Assembly (NCBI GenBank): GCA_039027495.1
Contig: JBCCKH010000019.1
Location: forward strand, 16,921 to 80,920
DNA: 64,000 nt
Direction of reading: 5' to 3'
From: Bacteroidota bacterium
GTDB taxonomy: Bacteria > Bacteroidota > Bacteroidia > Flavobacteriales > Flavobacteriaceae
Both the position numbers and the translations under genes were made by a program. The stretch's first letter is position 1, and the number at the start of each line of letters is the position of its first letter. The notes under the pieces were generated by a model, which made no database searches, was not told where the DNA came from, and saw nothing but the letters and a program-made list of their open reading frames with translations. Shown here piece after piece: positions 37,795-46,439 of this stretch.

Positions 37795-39342
37795 ATGAAA
37801 AGACCTATACTCCTATTATTCTTATTTGTTGCGTTGGTGGGTACCGCGCAAAATATGCCTATCTCCTATGATTTTGGAGAAAAATTCAATGACCGGTATC
37901 GCTATTCCAATTTATTGACCATTGACAACGATGGCAATGGCGGCTACATTTTGGTGCGCGCCTATTTCCAGGGACTTGTGCTAAGACCTAAAGGGTACTT
38001 TATCGAACATTACGATAAAGACCTGAATTTGATAGATGAGTACAACTACAAATTACGCAACAAGGATTTCATTGCAGGTTTTTTGAAGAATGGGCAATTG
38101 AATTTGTTGTTTTTAGAATACAATTATACCAGCAGCCGTTATGAATATTGGGTGCATACCAGTCCAATTATTGATTTTAATTTCCGACCCAAAAAATTAG
38201 TGTCGATTCAATCCGAAGAAGTTCGAAACCCTGTCGGGAAGAACTATTACAACCGTGATTTTTCGAGAGGGTTCACTACGGCCATTCTTTTCAATCAAGA
38301 AAAGACGGGTTTCATCATCAGTACGCATCATAAAAAAGGCAAATCCAACAAACACCTTATCCACCTTTATGGAACGGATTTGAGCAAAAAGTGGGAATAT
38401 GACTTTTCCGAAAGTGTAGAAGAGAAAAATTACGCTTTTGAAAATCTGGCAATTTCCAGCGATTTGAGTTCTGCCTACATCATTGGAAAAGCCTATTTCA
38501 AAAAGAAACGTTTTCGGGTAGACGAACGTAAATTCCAATATGAACTCATCAAATTGGACGGCCAAAGTAGCCTCACCCAACGTTTTGATGACCCTGGAAA
38601 GTACTCCGAAAGCCTTTATCCGATTTTAACAAAAGAAAGACTGGTCTGTACAGGATTTTATGCAGATCGTCGAGATAATCGATACAATGGTATTGGGTTT
38701 TTTGAGTTGAACCCCAACACGCTTGAAGTCCAAACCAAAAAATACAGTCCTTTCTCGCAACAATTCATGCAAGATAAGTTCGGTCGAGAAGACGATAAGG
38801 AAATCAAAAACCTCGTTTTCAAAAATGTGGAAATTGGTTCCCAAGGCGAAATCATGTTCAACGCCGAAGAATACTTTGTATCCGAAAGCATGCAGTCCAC
38901 GGGAATGGGTCAAAGGGTTCATGTAACCCGATACCACCATAACGATATTGTGAGCGCCAAGCTGGATGCCTCAGGCGATATGGTTTGGGTGCGAAACATC
39001 AACAAGACTGAAGTAACCCAAGGGGATGGCGCCTATGCTTCCTATAGTTCTTTCGTTAAAGATGGCAACACCTATTTCTTTATTTGTACCGCAGCTGAGA
39101 ATCCGCAACTGGTCAACAACGAACGATTGATTTTCAAGCAAGGGCTTAGCCGAAATCGAAACGTCTTTTTAATTGCCTTGGACAAAGAAGGTAAAATGGA
39201 GTTTGAGAAAATCATTGACGACAAAGAAGCCCGCTTACCCTTGATGGTATCCATGCCGCTCAAAAACCCTTCTGAAGACAATATGTTGTTTTATGCCAAA
39301 CGCGGCACGAAAAAGCAGTTGGTGAAGGTCGCTTTCAACTAA
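37795..39342 (+). CDS. Secreted hypothetical protein
   Basis: Signal peptide; long open frame, beta-rich; no family recognised. Confidence 0.75.
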   Translation: MKRPILLLFLFVALVGTAQNMPISYDFGEKFNDRYRYSNLLTIDNDGNGGYILVRAYFQGLVLRPKGYFIEHYDKDLNLIDEYNYKLRNKDFIAGFLKNGQLNLLFLEYNYTSSRYEYWVHTSPIIDFNFRPKKLVSIQSEEVRNPVGKNYYNRDFSRGFTTAILFNQEKTGFIISTHHKKGKSNKHLIHLYGTDLSKKWEYDFSESVEEKNYAFENLAISSDLSSAYIIGKAYFKKKRFRVDERKFQYELIKLDGQSSLTQRFDDPGKYSESLYPILTKERLVCTGFYADRRDNRYNGIGFFELNPNTLEVQTKKYSPFSQQFMQDKFGREDDKEIKNLVFKNVEIGSQGEIMFNAEEYFVSESMQSTGMGQRVHVTRYHHNDIVSAKLDASGDMVWVRNINKTEVTQGDGAYASYSSFVKDGNTYFFICTAAENPQLVNNERLIFKQGLSRNRNVFLIALDKEGKMEFEKIIDDKEARLPLMVSMPLKNPSEDNMLFYAKRGTKKQLVKVAFN

Positions 39343-39362
39343 TAGAAGTTTTTGTTTTTGTT

Positions 39363-39653
39363 GTCATTCCTGCGAAAGCAGGAATCCTTTTCTCAACATT
39401 TGGATTACTTCATCCCAGCCTGCCCGACCGCTGACTGGGTTTCTGGGTCTCTTTCCAACAAGCCTAAGATGCTGAAACCAGTTCAGCATGACCGCATCTT
39501 TTTTATGTCACCCTGAACTACTTGTCCGACCGAAGGCGGGGTTTCAGGGTCCTTTTCCAACGAGTTCAAGATGCTGAATCAAGTTCAGCATGATCGCATC
39601 TTTTTTACATCACCCTGAACGCCTTGCCCGACCGCAGGCGGGGTTTCAGGTTC
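39363..39653. repeat. Tandem REP-doublet array (about 102-bp period)
   Basis: GTCATTCCTGCGAAAGCAGGAATC, then alternating GTCACCCTGAA..TTCAGGGTC and AGATGCTGAA..TTCAGCATGAC hairpins; AGATGCTGAA starts at 39467 and 39569. Confidence 0.9.
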
Positions 39654-39771
39654 TTTTCTTATCAACTCAAACCGCAGTTCCCTAAATCCATAAGGGTCAA
39701 CAATCAATTCACATACCCAGGCCGTAGGGGAATTAGCTAGTTTCTCACGTTAAATCTAAAATTTTTTCGCG

Positions 39772-40950
39772 ATGAAATTTCTAAAACTATGTTATGTAAT
39801 TTTTGGAGGAGCCTTAATGTTGCTAACCTCCTGTTCTGACGGGGAAGACGGACAGAATGGCTTGCCTGGGGCGGACGGCTTGAGCTGTTGGGACGCCAAT
39901 AATAATGGGAATGGCGACCCTGAAGAGGACCTTAACCAAGACGGAAACTTTAATGCTCTTGACTGTGTAGGGGCGAATGGTGCGAATGGAATAAATGGTG
40001 CTAATGGAGTAGACGGTGCCAATGGCACGGATGGCCTAAGCTGTTGGGACACCAATGGTAATGGAGTTGCTGATACTGCAGAAGATATTAATCAAGATGG
40101 AAATTTCAATACCTTGGATTGTCAGGGCACTAATAATGGTGATGGTATGGATGGCCTAAGTTGCTGGGACACGAATGGCAACGGTGTTGGCGACGCTGAA
40201 GAAGATAAAAATAATGATGGAAATTTTGATGCACAAGACTGTCAAGGTCAAGATGGATTAGATGGAGAAGATGGATTAAATTGTTGGGATACGAATGGGA
40301 ACGGTCTGGGTGATGCAGAAGAAGATATAAATGAAGATGGCAATTTTGATACCCTAGACTGTCAGGGTCAAGACGGTGCAGATGGTCAGGATGGTGCAGA
40401 CGGTACAGATGGTCAGGATGGTGCAGACGGTACAGATGGTCAGGATGGTGCAGACGGTACAGATGGTCAGGACGGTACAGATGGTCAGGATGGTGCAGAC
40501 GGTGCAGATGGTCAGGATGGTGCAGACGGTGTAGATGGAAATGCCAATGTTCAGCAATTTGAGTACGATTTGGAGGAATTTGCAGACTATTCGTTTTTAA
40601 CTTTGGATTTACCTGACGCTATTGTTACTCCAGAGAACTATGCTTATCTATTTTACATTCAGCATAATATCGGGAATCTTATTTATTCTATTCCTGGACC
40701 TTTATTTGATAATCAAATATATGCGCAGGTATACGTTAGTTTTAATGCAGAAAATATTAGTGTTGAATTTTATAATACGTCGGATAACACAGATGCTAAT
40801 ATTGCTCAGGGTGACTACCTTAAAGTTTTAGTAGTAGCAATAGAGCTTAATAATGGCTCAAAAAACACGGAAAACCTTTTGCAGCAATTAAAAGATTCTG
40901 GAATTGATGTTACGGATTATGAACAAGTAGCTGAGTATTTTGGTCTTTAG
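39772..40950 (+). CDS. Collagen-like surface lipoprotein with four Cys-closed DxNxNG repeats
   Basis: Lipobox LTSC; CWDxNxNG..EDxNxDGNFxxxDC four times; about 20 Gly-X-Y triplets; globular C-terminus. Confidence 0.85.
   Translation: MKFLKLCYVIFGGALMLLTSCSDGEDGQNGLPGADGLSCWDANNNGNGDPEEDLNQDGNFNALDCVGANGANGINGANGVDGANGTDGLSCWDTNGNGVADTAEDINQDGNFNTLDCQGTNNGDGMDGLSCWDTNGNGVGDAEEDKNNDGNFDAQDCQGQDGLDGEDGLNCWDTNGNGLGDAEEDINEDGNFDTLDCQGQDGADGQDGADGTDGQDGADGTDGQDGADGTDGQDGTDGQDGADGADGQDGADGVDGNANVQQFEYDLEEFADYSFLTLDLPDAIVTPENYAYLFYIQHNIGNLIYSIPGPLFDNQIYAQVYVSFNAENISVEFYNTSDNTDANIAQGDYLKVLVVAIELNNGSKNTENLLQQLKDSGIDVTDYEQVAEYFGL
40384..40464 (+). repeat. Three perfect 27-bp tandem repeats encoding GQDGADGTD
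   Basis: ggtcaggatggtgcagacggtacagat three times, followed by degenerate copies to about 40530. Confidence 0.95.
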
Positions 40951-40974
40951 AATAAGGGAAAAGACATCTAAAGG

Positions 40975-41004
40975 AAAAAGACCGGGTTGGCCCGGTCTTT
41001 TTTT
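40975..41004 (+). terminator. Intrinsic terminator
   Basis: AAAAAGACCGG-gttgg-CCCGGTCTTTTTTT. Confidence 0.85.
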
Positions 41005-41062
41005 AAATAGGAACATTTTTCTCTATGGCCTTAATTGCGAAAGCTTTTATAAGGTCAGACTG

Positions 41063-41227
41063 GTCACACTGGTTTCGCTGAAACTTTAGTCAAAGCGCAG
41101 TCGAAGTCCATCTGCAAGAGTTATTTAAGAAGCCCAAGATGCTGAATCAAGTTCAGCATGACATATGAAGGAAGTCTGTTTCGTCACCCTGAATTTCCTG
41201 CCCGACCGCAGGCGGGGCTCAGGGTCT
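41063..41227. repeat. REP-like hairpin cluster
   Basis: GTCACACTG..AGCGCAGTCGAAG, AGATGCTGAATCAAGTTCAGCATGAC (41137-41162), GTCACCCTGAA[..cctgcccgaccgcaggcggg..]TCAGGGTCT. Confidence 0.88.
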
Positions 41228-41314
41228 ATTTCAATCTATAGATACACCTATTCTTCTCAGTGATAAGGACTTTAACGTTTTACAACGCAACGTTCTGCAA
41301 CCCCTTCCGTCTTT

Positions 41315-41788
41315 ATGAAAAATAACAACAGAATGAAGAGAAAATTTCTTACCCCAGTTTTAGCTTTGGCCTTCCTCCTTTTCTTGTCCTGTAATGACGA
41401 CGACAACCAAACCGACACGAACACCCTAGCGGGAGAATGGCGCATAACCGCTATAAGCAATTCTGACAGCCCCCTTGGGCCTATTTTAGAACCCGAAGCA
41501 GGGGAAGAGATTTCCATTCAATTCCAAAACAACGGACAATTTTCAGGGACAACCTCAATCAATGCGTTCAATGGTGATAGCAGTACCACCTCAGATGAAC
41601 TCTTCATCAATGACTTTATTTCTACTGAGGCGCTTGACACCACCTTTGGCCTTGCTTTTTACCAAGCCCTATTTGAAAGTAGTAATGAAAATGCCGGCGC
41701 TTCGGTATTCAGTATGGTAGCTGTAGACGATAATCGTATCAATTTGGAATACAACGATTTCAAATTTATGAGCATAGAGCGCAAGTAG
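41315..41788 (+). CDS. META-domain lipoprotein
   Basis: Lipobox FLSC plus DDD; LAGEWRIT, FSGTTSINAFNG, FISTEA. Start may be 41333. Confidence 0.75.
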   Translation: MKNNNRMKRKFLTPVLALAFLLFLSCNDDDNQTDTNTLAGEWRITAISNSDSPLGPILEPEAGEEISIQFQNNGQFSGTTSINAFNGDSSTTSDELFINDFISTEALDTTFGLAFYQALFESSNENAGASVFSMVAVDDNRINLEYNDFKFMSIERK

Positions 41789-41790
41789 AA

Positions 41791-41826
41791 ATTGGAAATA
41801 ATCCTTAAATTTGGATTATTTCCAAT
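41791..41826. promoter_or_regulatory. Twin GGA-N5-TCC boxes forming a 14-bp inverted repeat; candidate Bacteroidota SOS operator
   Basis: GGAaataaTCC at 41794-41804 and GGAttattTCC at 41813-41823, immediately before the radical SAM start codon. Confidence 0.65.
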
Positions 41827-41829
41827 AAT

Positions 41830-42903
41830 ATGCGTTCCAAAGACCTGAAAAAAGGTCGCGGTGCTCAAAAGAATCCCCCAAATCGGTTTTTAGAAAACGT
41901 CTACGAGGTTCGGGATGATTTTTTAGAATACTGTCGACAAGAGGGCGAAACTCCCGAAAATACCAAAACCCAGTACATACCGGTTTTTCCGAAAACCATA
42001 GTCAATCGTGTAGACAGTCCTGACGTGGGTATGGACTATTCCATGAACCCATACCAGGGCTGTGAGCACGGTTGTATTTATTGCTACGCCCGAAACTCCC
42101 ATGAGTTTTGGGGTTATAGTGCCGGGCTCGATTTTGAACGGAAAATATTGGTCAAAAAAAATGCCCCGGAACTGCTCGAAAAACTGTTGAAGAAAAAGAC
42201 CTGGCAAGCCGCCACCATTGTCCTTTCCGGAAATACCGATTGCTACCAGCCCGCCGAACAAAAGTTCGAAATTACCCGAAAATGTTTAGAGATTTTTTTG
42301 AAGTACCGTCATCCTGTGGGCATCATCACCAAGAACGCGACCATACTTCGGGATTTGGATATCCTTAGGGAGCTTCAAGCGAACAACTTGGTTGGCGTCA
42401 ACGTTTCAGTAACGAGTTTATCTGAAAAAACACGTCGGATTCTAGAGCCTCGAACCGCTTCGATATCCAAACGATTAAAAACCATTCAAACCCTTTCCAG
42501 GCATAATATTCCTGTGAATGCGATGTTGGCACCAATGATTCCAGGCATCAACAGCCACGAGCTTTTGAGTTTGGCGAAAGCCACATCAGCCCACGGTGCC
42601 GTTTCCTTTGGGTTTACTGTAGTTCGGTTGAACGGTGCCATTGGCCAAATCTTTAAAGATTGGATTGAAAAAGCCCTTCCCAGCAAGGCCGAAAAAGTAT
42701 TGCATTTGATTCAGCAGTGTCACGGTGGCAGCATCAACAATAGCGAATTTGGGGTTCGTAACCGTGGTCAAGGTCAGGTCGCGCAACAAATTCATGATAT
42801 GGCACGATTGGCCAAGCATAAATACTTTAAAGGGAAACAGTTTCCGCCTCTAAACAAAGCGTTGCATGCCATTTACAAGGATGGCCAAACACGACTTTTC
42901 TAA
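41830..42903 (+). CDS. PA0069-family radical SAM protein (SplB-like)
   Basis: SMNPYQGCEHGCIYCYAR (CxxxCxxC), SGNTDCYQPAE, ILEPRTAS, C-terminal QTRLF. Confidence 0.93.
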   Translation: MRSKDLKKGRGAQKNPPNRFLENVYEVRDDFLEYCRQEGETPENTKTQYIPVFPKTIVNRVDSPDVGMDYSMNPYQGCEHGCIYCYARNSHEFWGYSAGLDFERKILVKKNAPELLEKLLKKKTWQAATIVLSGNTDCYQPAEQKFEITRKCLEIFLKYRHPVGIITKNATILRDLDILRELQANNLVGVNVSVTSLSEKTRRILEPRTASISKRLKTIQTLSRHNIPVNAMLAPMIPGINSHELLSLAKATSAHGAVSFGFTVVRLNGAIGQIFKDWIEKALPSKAEKVLHLIQQCHGGSINNSEFGVRNRGQGQVAQQIHDMARLAKHKYFKGKQFPPLNKALHAIYKDGQTRLF

Positions 42904-42947
42904 TTTGTTGCGCTGATTCCTTTTAGGATTTCTCTCCCATGAGCTTA

Positions 42948-43184
42948 AGATGCTGAATCCCCGCCTGCGGTCGGGCAGGCAGTTGAGCATGACCTTTCTT
43001 TGTTAACTCTGTACTTATTGAAGATTCTTCAACTTTTTTTGATTCAATATTAAATTGACGTCGGACATCACCTTTTTCTGTCACCCTGAATTTCCTGCCC
43101 GACGTTCAGGCGGGATTTCAGGGTCTTTATACAGTACGAACTCTTTACATCATTCCTGCGAACGCGTGCCACAACTCAGGAATC
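42948..43184. repeat. REP-like hairpin cluster with loop inserts
   Basis: AGATGCTGAATC[cccgcctgcggtcgggcaggc]AGTTGAGCATGAC; GTCACCCTGAA[..cctgcccgacgttcaggcggg..]TTCAGGGTCT; TCATTCCTGCG..CAGGAATC. Confidence 0.88.
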
Positions 43185-43223
43185 CCCTGTGATTTAAACA
43201 TTTTTAAATATTTTTAAAGAAAG

Positions 43224-43250
43224 TGTCCAATACGATGCGACGGTTTCGTC
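43224..43250 (+). promoter_or_regulatory. Candidate ECF sigma promoter TGTC..(16 nt)..CGTC upstream of the yciI-sigma operon
   Basis: TGTCCAA-tacgatgcgacggttt-CGTC resembles ECF41/ECF42 target promoters. Confidence 0.55.
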
Positions 43251-43304
43251 ATATAAATGAAAACGATGTTAAACCGTTCGTAAACGAACACAATCTTAAA
43301 ACCA

Positions 43305-43661
43305 ATGAGCAATTTTTTGTATTTATTTCGAGGTGGGGATGAGGCCTACCAAAAACTATCCCAAGAAGAACGACAAAACCATATGGAAGTTTGGGGTCAA
43401 TGGATGGAGAAACTCCAAGGAAAGGGCCATTTGTTGGATGGGCAACCCCTCGCCGAAGAAGGTATGGTAGTTCAAAATAGGGGCGAGGTGATAACCAATG
43501 GTCCGCATGCCGAGGGCGCGGAGCTGGTGGGAGGATACCTTATTATTTCCGCAAAGGATTTAGCCGAAGCAACGGAAATTTCCAAATCCTGTCCCATTTT
43601 TGATTATGATGGAAGTACAGTCGAGGTTCGTCCAATTCTATCGATGGAAGAACATATTTAA
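43305..43661 (+). CDS. YciI/DGPF-family protein
   Basis: ITNGPHAEGAELVGGYLIISAKDLAEATEI..CP..VEVRP. Confidence 0.88.
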   Translation: MSNFLYLFRGGDEAYQKLSQEERQNHMEVWGQWMEKLQGKGHLLDGQPLAEEGMVVQNRGEVITNGPHAEGAELVGGYLIISAKDLAEATEISKSCPIFDYDGSTVEVRPILSMEEHI

Positions 43662-43718
43662 ACTTTTGAAAAGGGCCATTCGGAATGCGAGTGGCCCGTT
43701 TTCTCAACAGCATTTTTC

Positions 43719-44960
43719 ATGGCCGCCAAAGGACTAAACCATACGGTAGAACATCTTTTCCGAAAAGAATACGGAAAGTTGGTCGCACTATTGACCAATC
43801 GTTTTGGCGCTTCGCATTTGGAACAAATCGAAGATGTCACGCAAGACACTTTTTTAAAGGCCATGAAACTTTGGGGTTATCAAGAAATACCGGATAATCC
43901 AACCGCTTGGTTGTATCGGGTAGCATGCAACGGACTTCTCGATAAATTCCGAAAGGAAGGTAGAATGGACTTGGTTTCTGACGATTTCAAATTTCCCGAA
44001 AAAGAACAATACACCCTAAACGAAATCTCTTTGGAAAACATACAAGACAGCCAGCTTCGGATGATTTTTGCGTGTTGCCATCCAAACTTATCACAAGAAC
44101 ATCAAATTATCTTGAGTTTGAAGTTGATGGGCGGTTTTAGCAATAAGGAACTTGCGGATGCCCTCTTGAAAAAGGAAGAAGCGGTAGCAAAATCATTTAC
44201 ACGAGCCAAAAAGAGCTTTCGGGAAAAAGTGAAAATGATTCAGATTCCCGTTCAAATGGGTTTGCAAAACCGTTTGTTCCAAGTGTTGAAAGTGATTTAC
44301 CTACTATTTTCTGAAGGCTACTCGGCTACCACCGGAACCCAATTTATCAAGCGAGATATTTGTCACGAAGCGATGCGTTTGGCCTTGCTTTTGCGGGAAA
44401 ACAAATACTGTAAACATCCTAATCTGGAAGCCCTGCTTGCCTTAATGTGTTTTCATGCCTCTCGTTTTGACGCCCGGATGGACGCAAATGGCGAACTGGT
44501 TTCGCTTGAACACCATAATCGAAACCAATACAACCAAGAATTGATTCAAATTGGAACGTTTCATTTGGAGCGTGCTGGAGACAACGATATGATGCCCAGC
44601 CAATACCATTTGGAAGCGGCACGTTCGTTTTATCACAGTACTGCGAAACGTTTTGAAGAAACGGATTGGAAAAACATCCTTCAACTGTATGACTTTCAGC
44701 TAAAGCAGCAATTCTCTCCCATGATTGCGCTCAATCGAATTGTGCCTTTTGAAAAAGTCCACGGTGCAGAAAAGGCATTAAAAGCACTCAACGAACTCAC
44801 CCAAAAAACAGATTTTGAGGATTCAGGGTTGTTTTATGCCATCAAAGCTGATTTGCTCAAGACCTTGCAAAAGAAATCGTATGAAAGTACCTTGGAAAAG
44901 GCAATCGCTTTAACCGAAAATGAATTGGTCAAACAATACTTGAGAACCAAGCTAAACTAG
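43719..44960 (+). CDS. ECF sigma factor with long C-terminal extension (ECF42/DUF6596 type)
   Basis: IEDVTQDTFLKA..W..PDNPTAWLYRVA, LRMIFACCHP, YLLFSEGY, TPR-like tail. Confidence 0.9.
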   Translation: MAAKGLNHTVEHLFRKEYGKLVALLTNRFGASHLEQIEDVTQDTFLKAMKLWGYQEIPDNPTAWLYRVACNGLLDKFRKEGRMDLVSDDFKFPEKEQYTLNEISLENIQDSQLRMIFACCHPNLSQEHQIILSLKLMGGFSNKELADALLKKEEAVAKSFTRAKKSFREKVKMIQIPVQMGLQNRLFQVLKVIYLLFSEGYSATTGTQFIKRDICHEAMRLALLLRENKYCKHPNLEALLALMCFHASRFDARMDANGELVSLEHHNRNQYNQELIQIGTFHLERAGDNDMMPSQYHLEAARSFYHSTAKRFEETDWKNILQLYDFQLKQQFSPMIALNRIVPFEKVHGAEKALKALNELTQKTDFEDSGLFYAIKADLLKTLQKKSYESTLEKAIALTENELVKQYLRTKLN

Positions 44961-44963
44961 AGT

Positions 44964-46388
44964 TTATCCCAATTCCCATCCCGGGCGATACTCGCGAGTA
45001 ACCCATTCGTTTGCCTTTTCGTAGTTGGTGATTTTCATGTTTTCACCATCCCAAAGCAATTTTCGTCTTCCAGGATAATCATAAGGCGCCCAATCTCCAA
45101 TTTGTTTCCCTTCTTGCAATACTTTGTATTGATAGGCTTTCACTGCAAGATTCCCCATGAGAACGGTCTCGGTCAAAGGACCGGAACGTGCGAAATCAGA
45201 GGATGTCGTACCGCCGTTGATACAGCAATCCACAAAGTTGGCAATGTGCCCATCCATAGCTCCTGGGACACGCGGATATTTTGGAGCAGGCGATTTATAC
45301 AATTCCATCACCTCCGACGGAATCAAACGCGCATTTCTGGAATAGGTATCACAAATCAGGGTTCCTTTATCACCATAGATAATGGTACCTCCTCCACTAT
45401 CACCAATGGTTTCATCGTCTTTCAGTTCGTCAGGAAGGTCAGGTTTTAAACCACCATCAAACCAATTCAAAGCAATGTCTCCATGTTCAGGATGCTCGAA
45501 TTTCAAATGTATTTTGGATGATGGAGGGCAAGAAGGGCTGTAATCCGCTTCGATAAAGTCACCCACCCAAACGGTAGTACAACTGGCCTCTGCTTCGGTA
45601 GGATACCCCAAATCCAAAACGCTAAAAGGGGTTTCCATAATATGGCAGCCCATGTCACCTAGAGCACCGGTGCCAAAATCCCACCAACCTCTCCATTTAA
45701 AGGGTAGGTAGGCGGCGTTGTAATCTCTCATTTTGGCCGGCCCCAACCATAAATCCCAATCCAAGCCCTTGGGAACTCTTTCCCTTTTGGCAGGAACGGG
45801 TACGCCTTGCGGCCAAACCGGGCGGTTGGTCCAACAATCTACCGTATGTACTTTTCCAATAATTCCTGATTCTACCCATTCCCGCGCAATGCGACTGTCA
45901 TCACTTGAAGCGCCTTGGTTCCCCATTTGGGTCACGATTCCATTTTCTTTGGCCACTTTGGTCATCAACCTTGCCTCTTGAATGTTATGGGTCAACGGTT
46001 TTTCAACGTAAGCATGCTTTTTGGCACGCATAAAAGGTAACGCTATAGAGGCATGGGTATGGTCTGGCGTCGCCACCATTACAGCATCAATATCAGAAAG
46101 ATGCTGGTCGTATACTTTTCTAAAATCCTTGAACTGTTTTACACCCGGATACGCTTCATAGGTGGTTGCCGCGCGGCGCTCATCCACATCACAAAACGCA
46201 ACGAATTTAACTTTCTGGGTTCCAGCAAGGCCATCAATGACCCCCCTTCCACGACCTCCAACACCAAAAGCAGCCACATACAAGGTGTCGCTGGGGGCGG
46301 TATGTTGTTTGCCCAATACAAAGCTGGGTACGATACTAAAAACAGTTGTGGCTTTCGCCGTATTTTTCAAAAATGTTCTTCGTTGCAT
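44964..46388 (-). CDS. Gfo/Idh/MocA oxidoreductase, Tat-exported
   Basis: MQRRTFLK, GVGGRG, VATPDHTH, VEKPLTH, WDLWLGPA, GALGDMGCH. Confidence 0.92.
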   Translation of the reverse strand: MQRRTFLKNTAKATTVFSIVPSFVLGKQHTAPSDTLYVAAFGVGGRGRGVIDGLAGTQKVKFVAFCDVDERRAATTYEAYPGVKQFKDFRKVYDQHLSDIDAVMVATPDHTHASIALPFMRAKKHAYVEKPLTHNIQEARLMTKVAKENGIVTQMGNQGASSDDSRIAREWVESGIIGKVHTVDCWTNRPVWPQGVPVPAKRERVPKGLDWDLWLGPAKMRDYNAAYLPFKWRGWWDFGTGALGDMGCHIMETPFSVLDLGYPTEAEASCTTVWVGDFIEADYSPSCPPSSKIHLKFEHPEHGDIALNWFDGGLKPDLPDELKDDETIGDSGGGTIIYGDKGTLICDTYSRNARLIPSEVMELYKSPAPKYPRVPGAMDGHIANFVDCCINGGTTSSDFARSGPLTETVLMGNLAVKAYQYKVLQEGKQIGDWAPYDYPGRRKLLWDGENMKITNYEKANEWVTREYRPGWELG

Positions 46389-46439
46389 GTGAATTGGTTT
46401 AGCAGTTTCTGAAGATACGAAAAAGGAAGTAAGTTGACT

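Noticed and set aside
39363-39653. Possible CRISPR array
   Set aside because: The intervening sequences are near-identical rather than unique spacers, the period is ~102 bp, and no cas genes are present.
39678-39732. Weak TTCCCTA..TAGGGGAA inverted repeat upstream of the collagen gene
   Set aside because: Short, imperfect arms with a long spacer cannot be distinguished from chance.
40354-40557. Repetitive ICTVCTILT ORF on the minus strand
   Set aside because: It is the antisense shadow of the collagen repeat.
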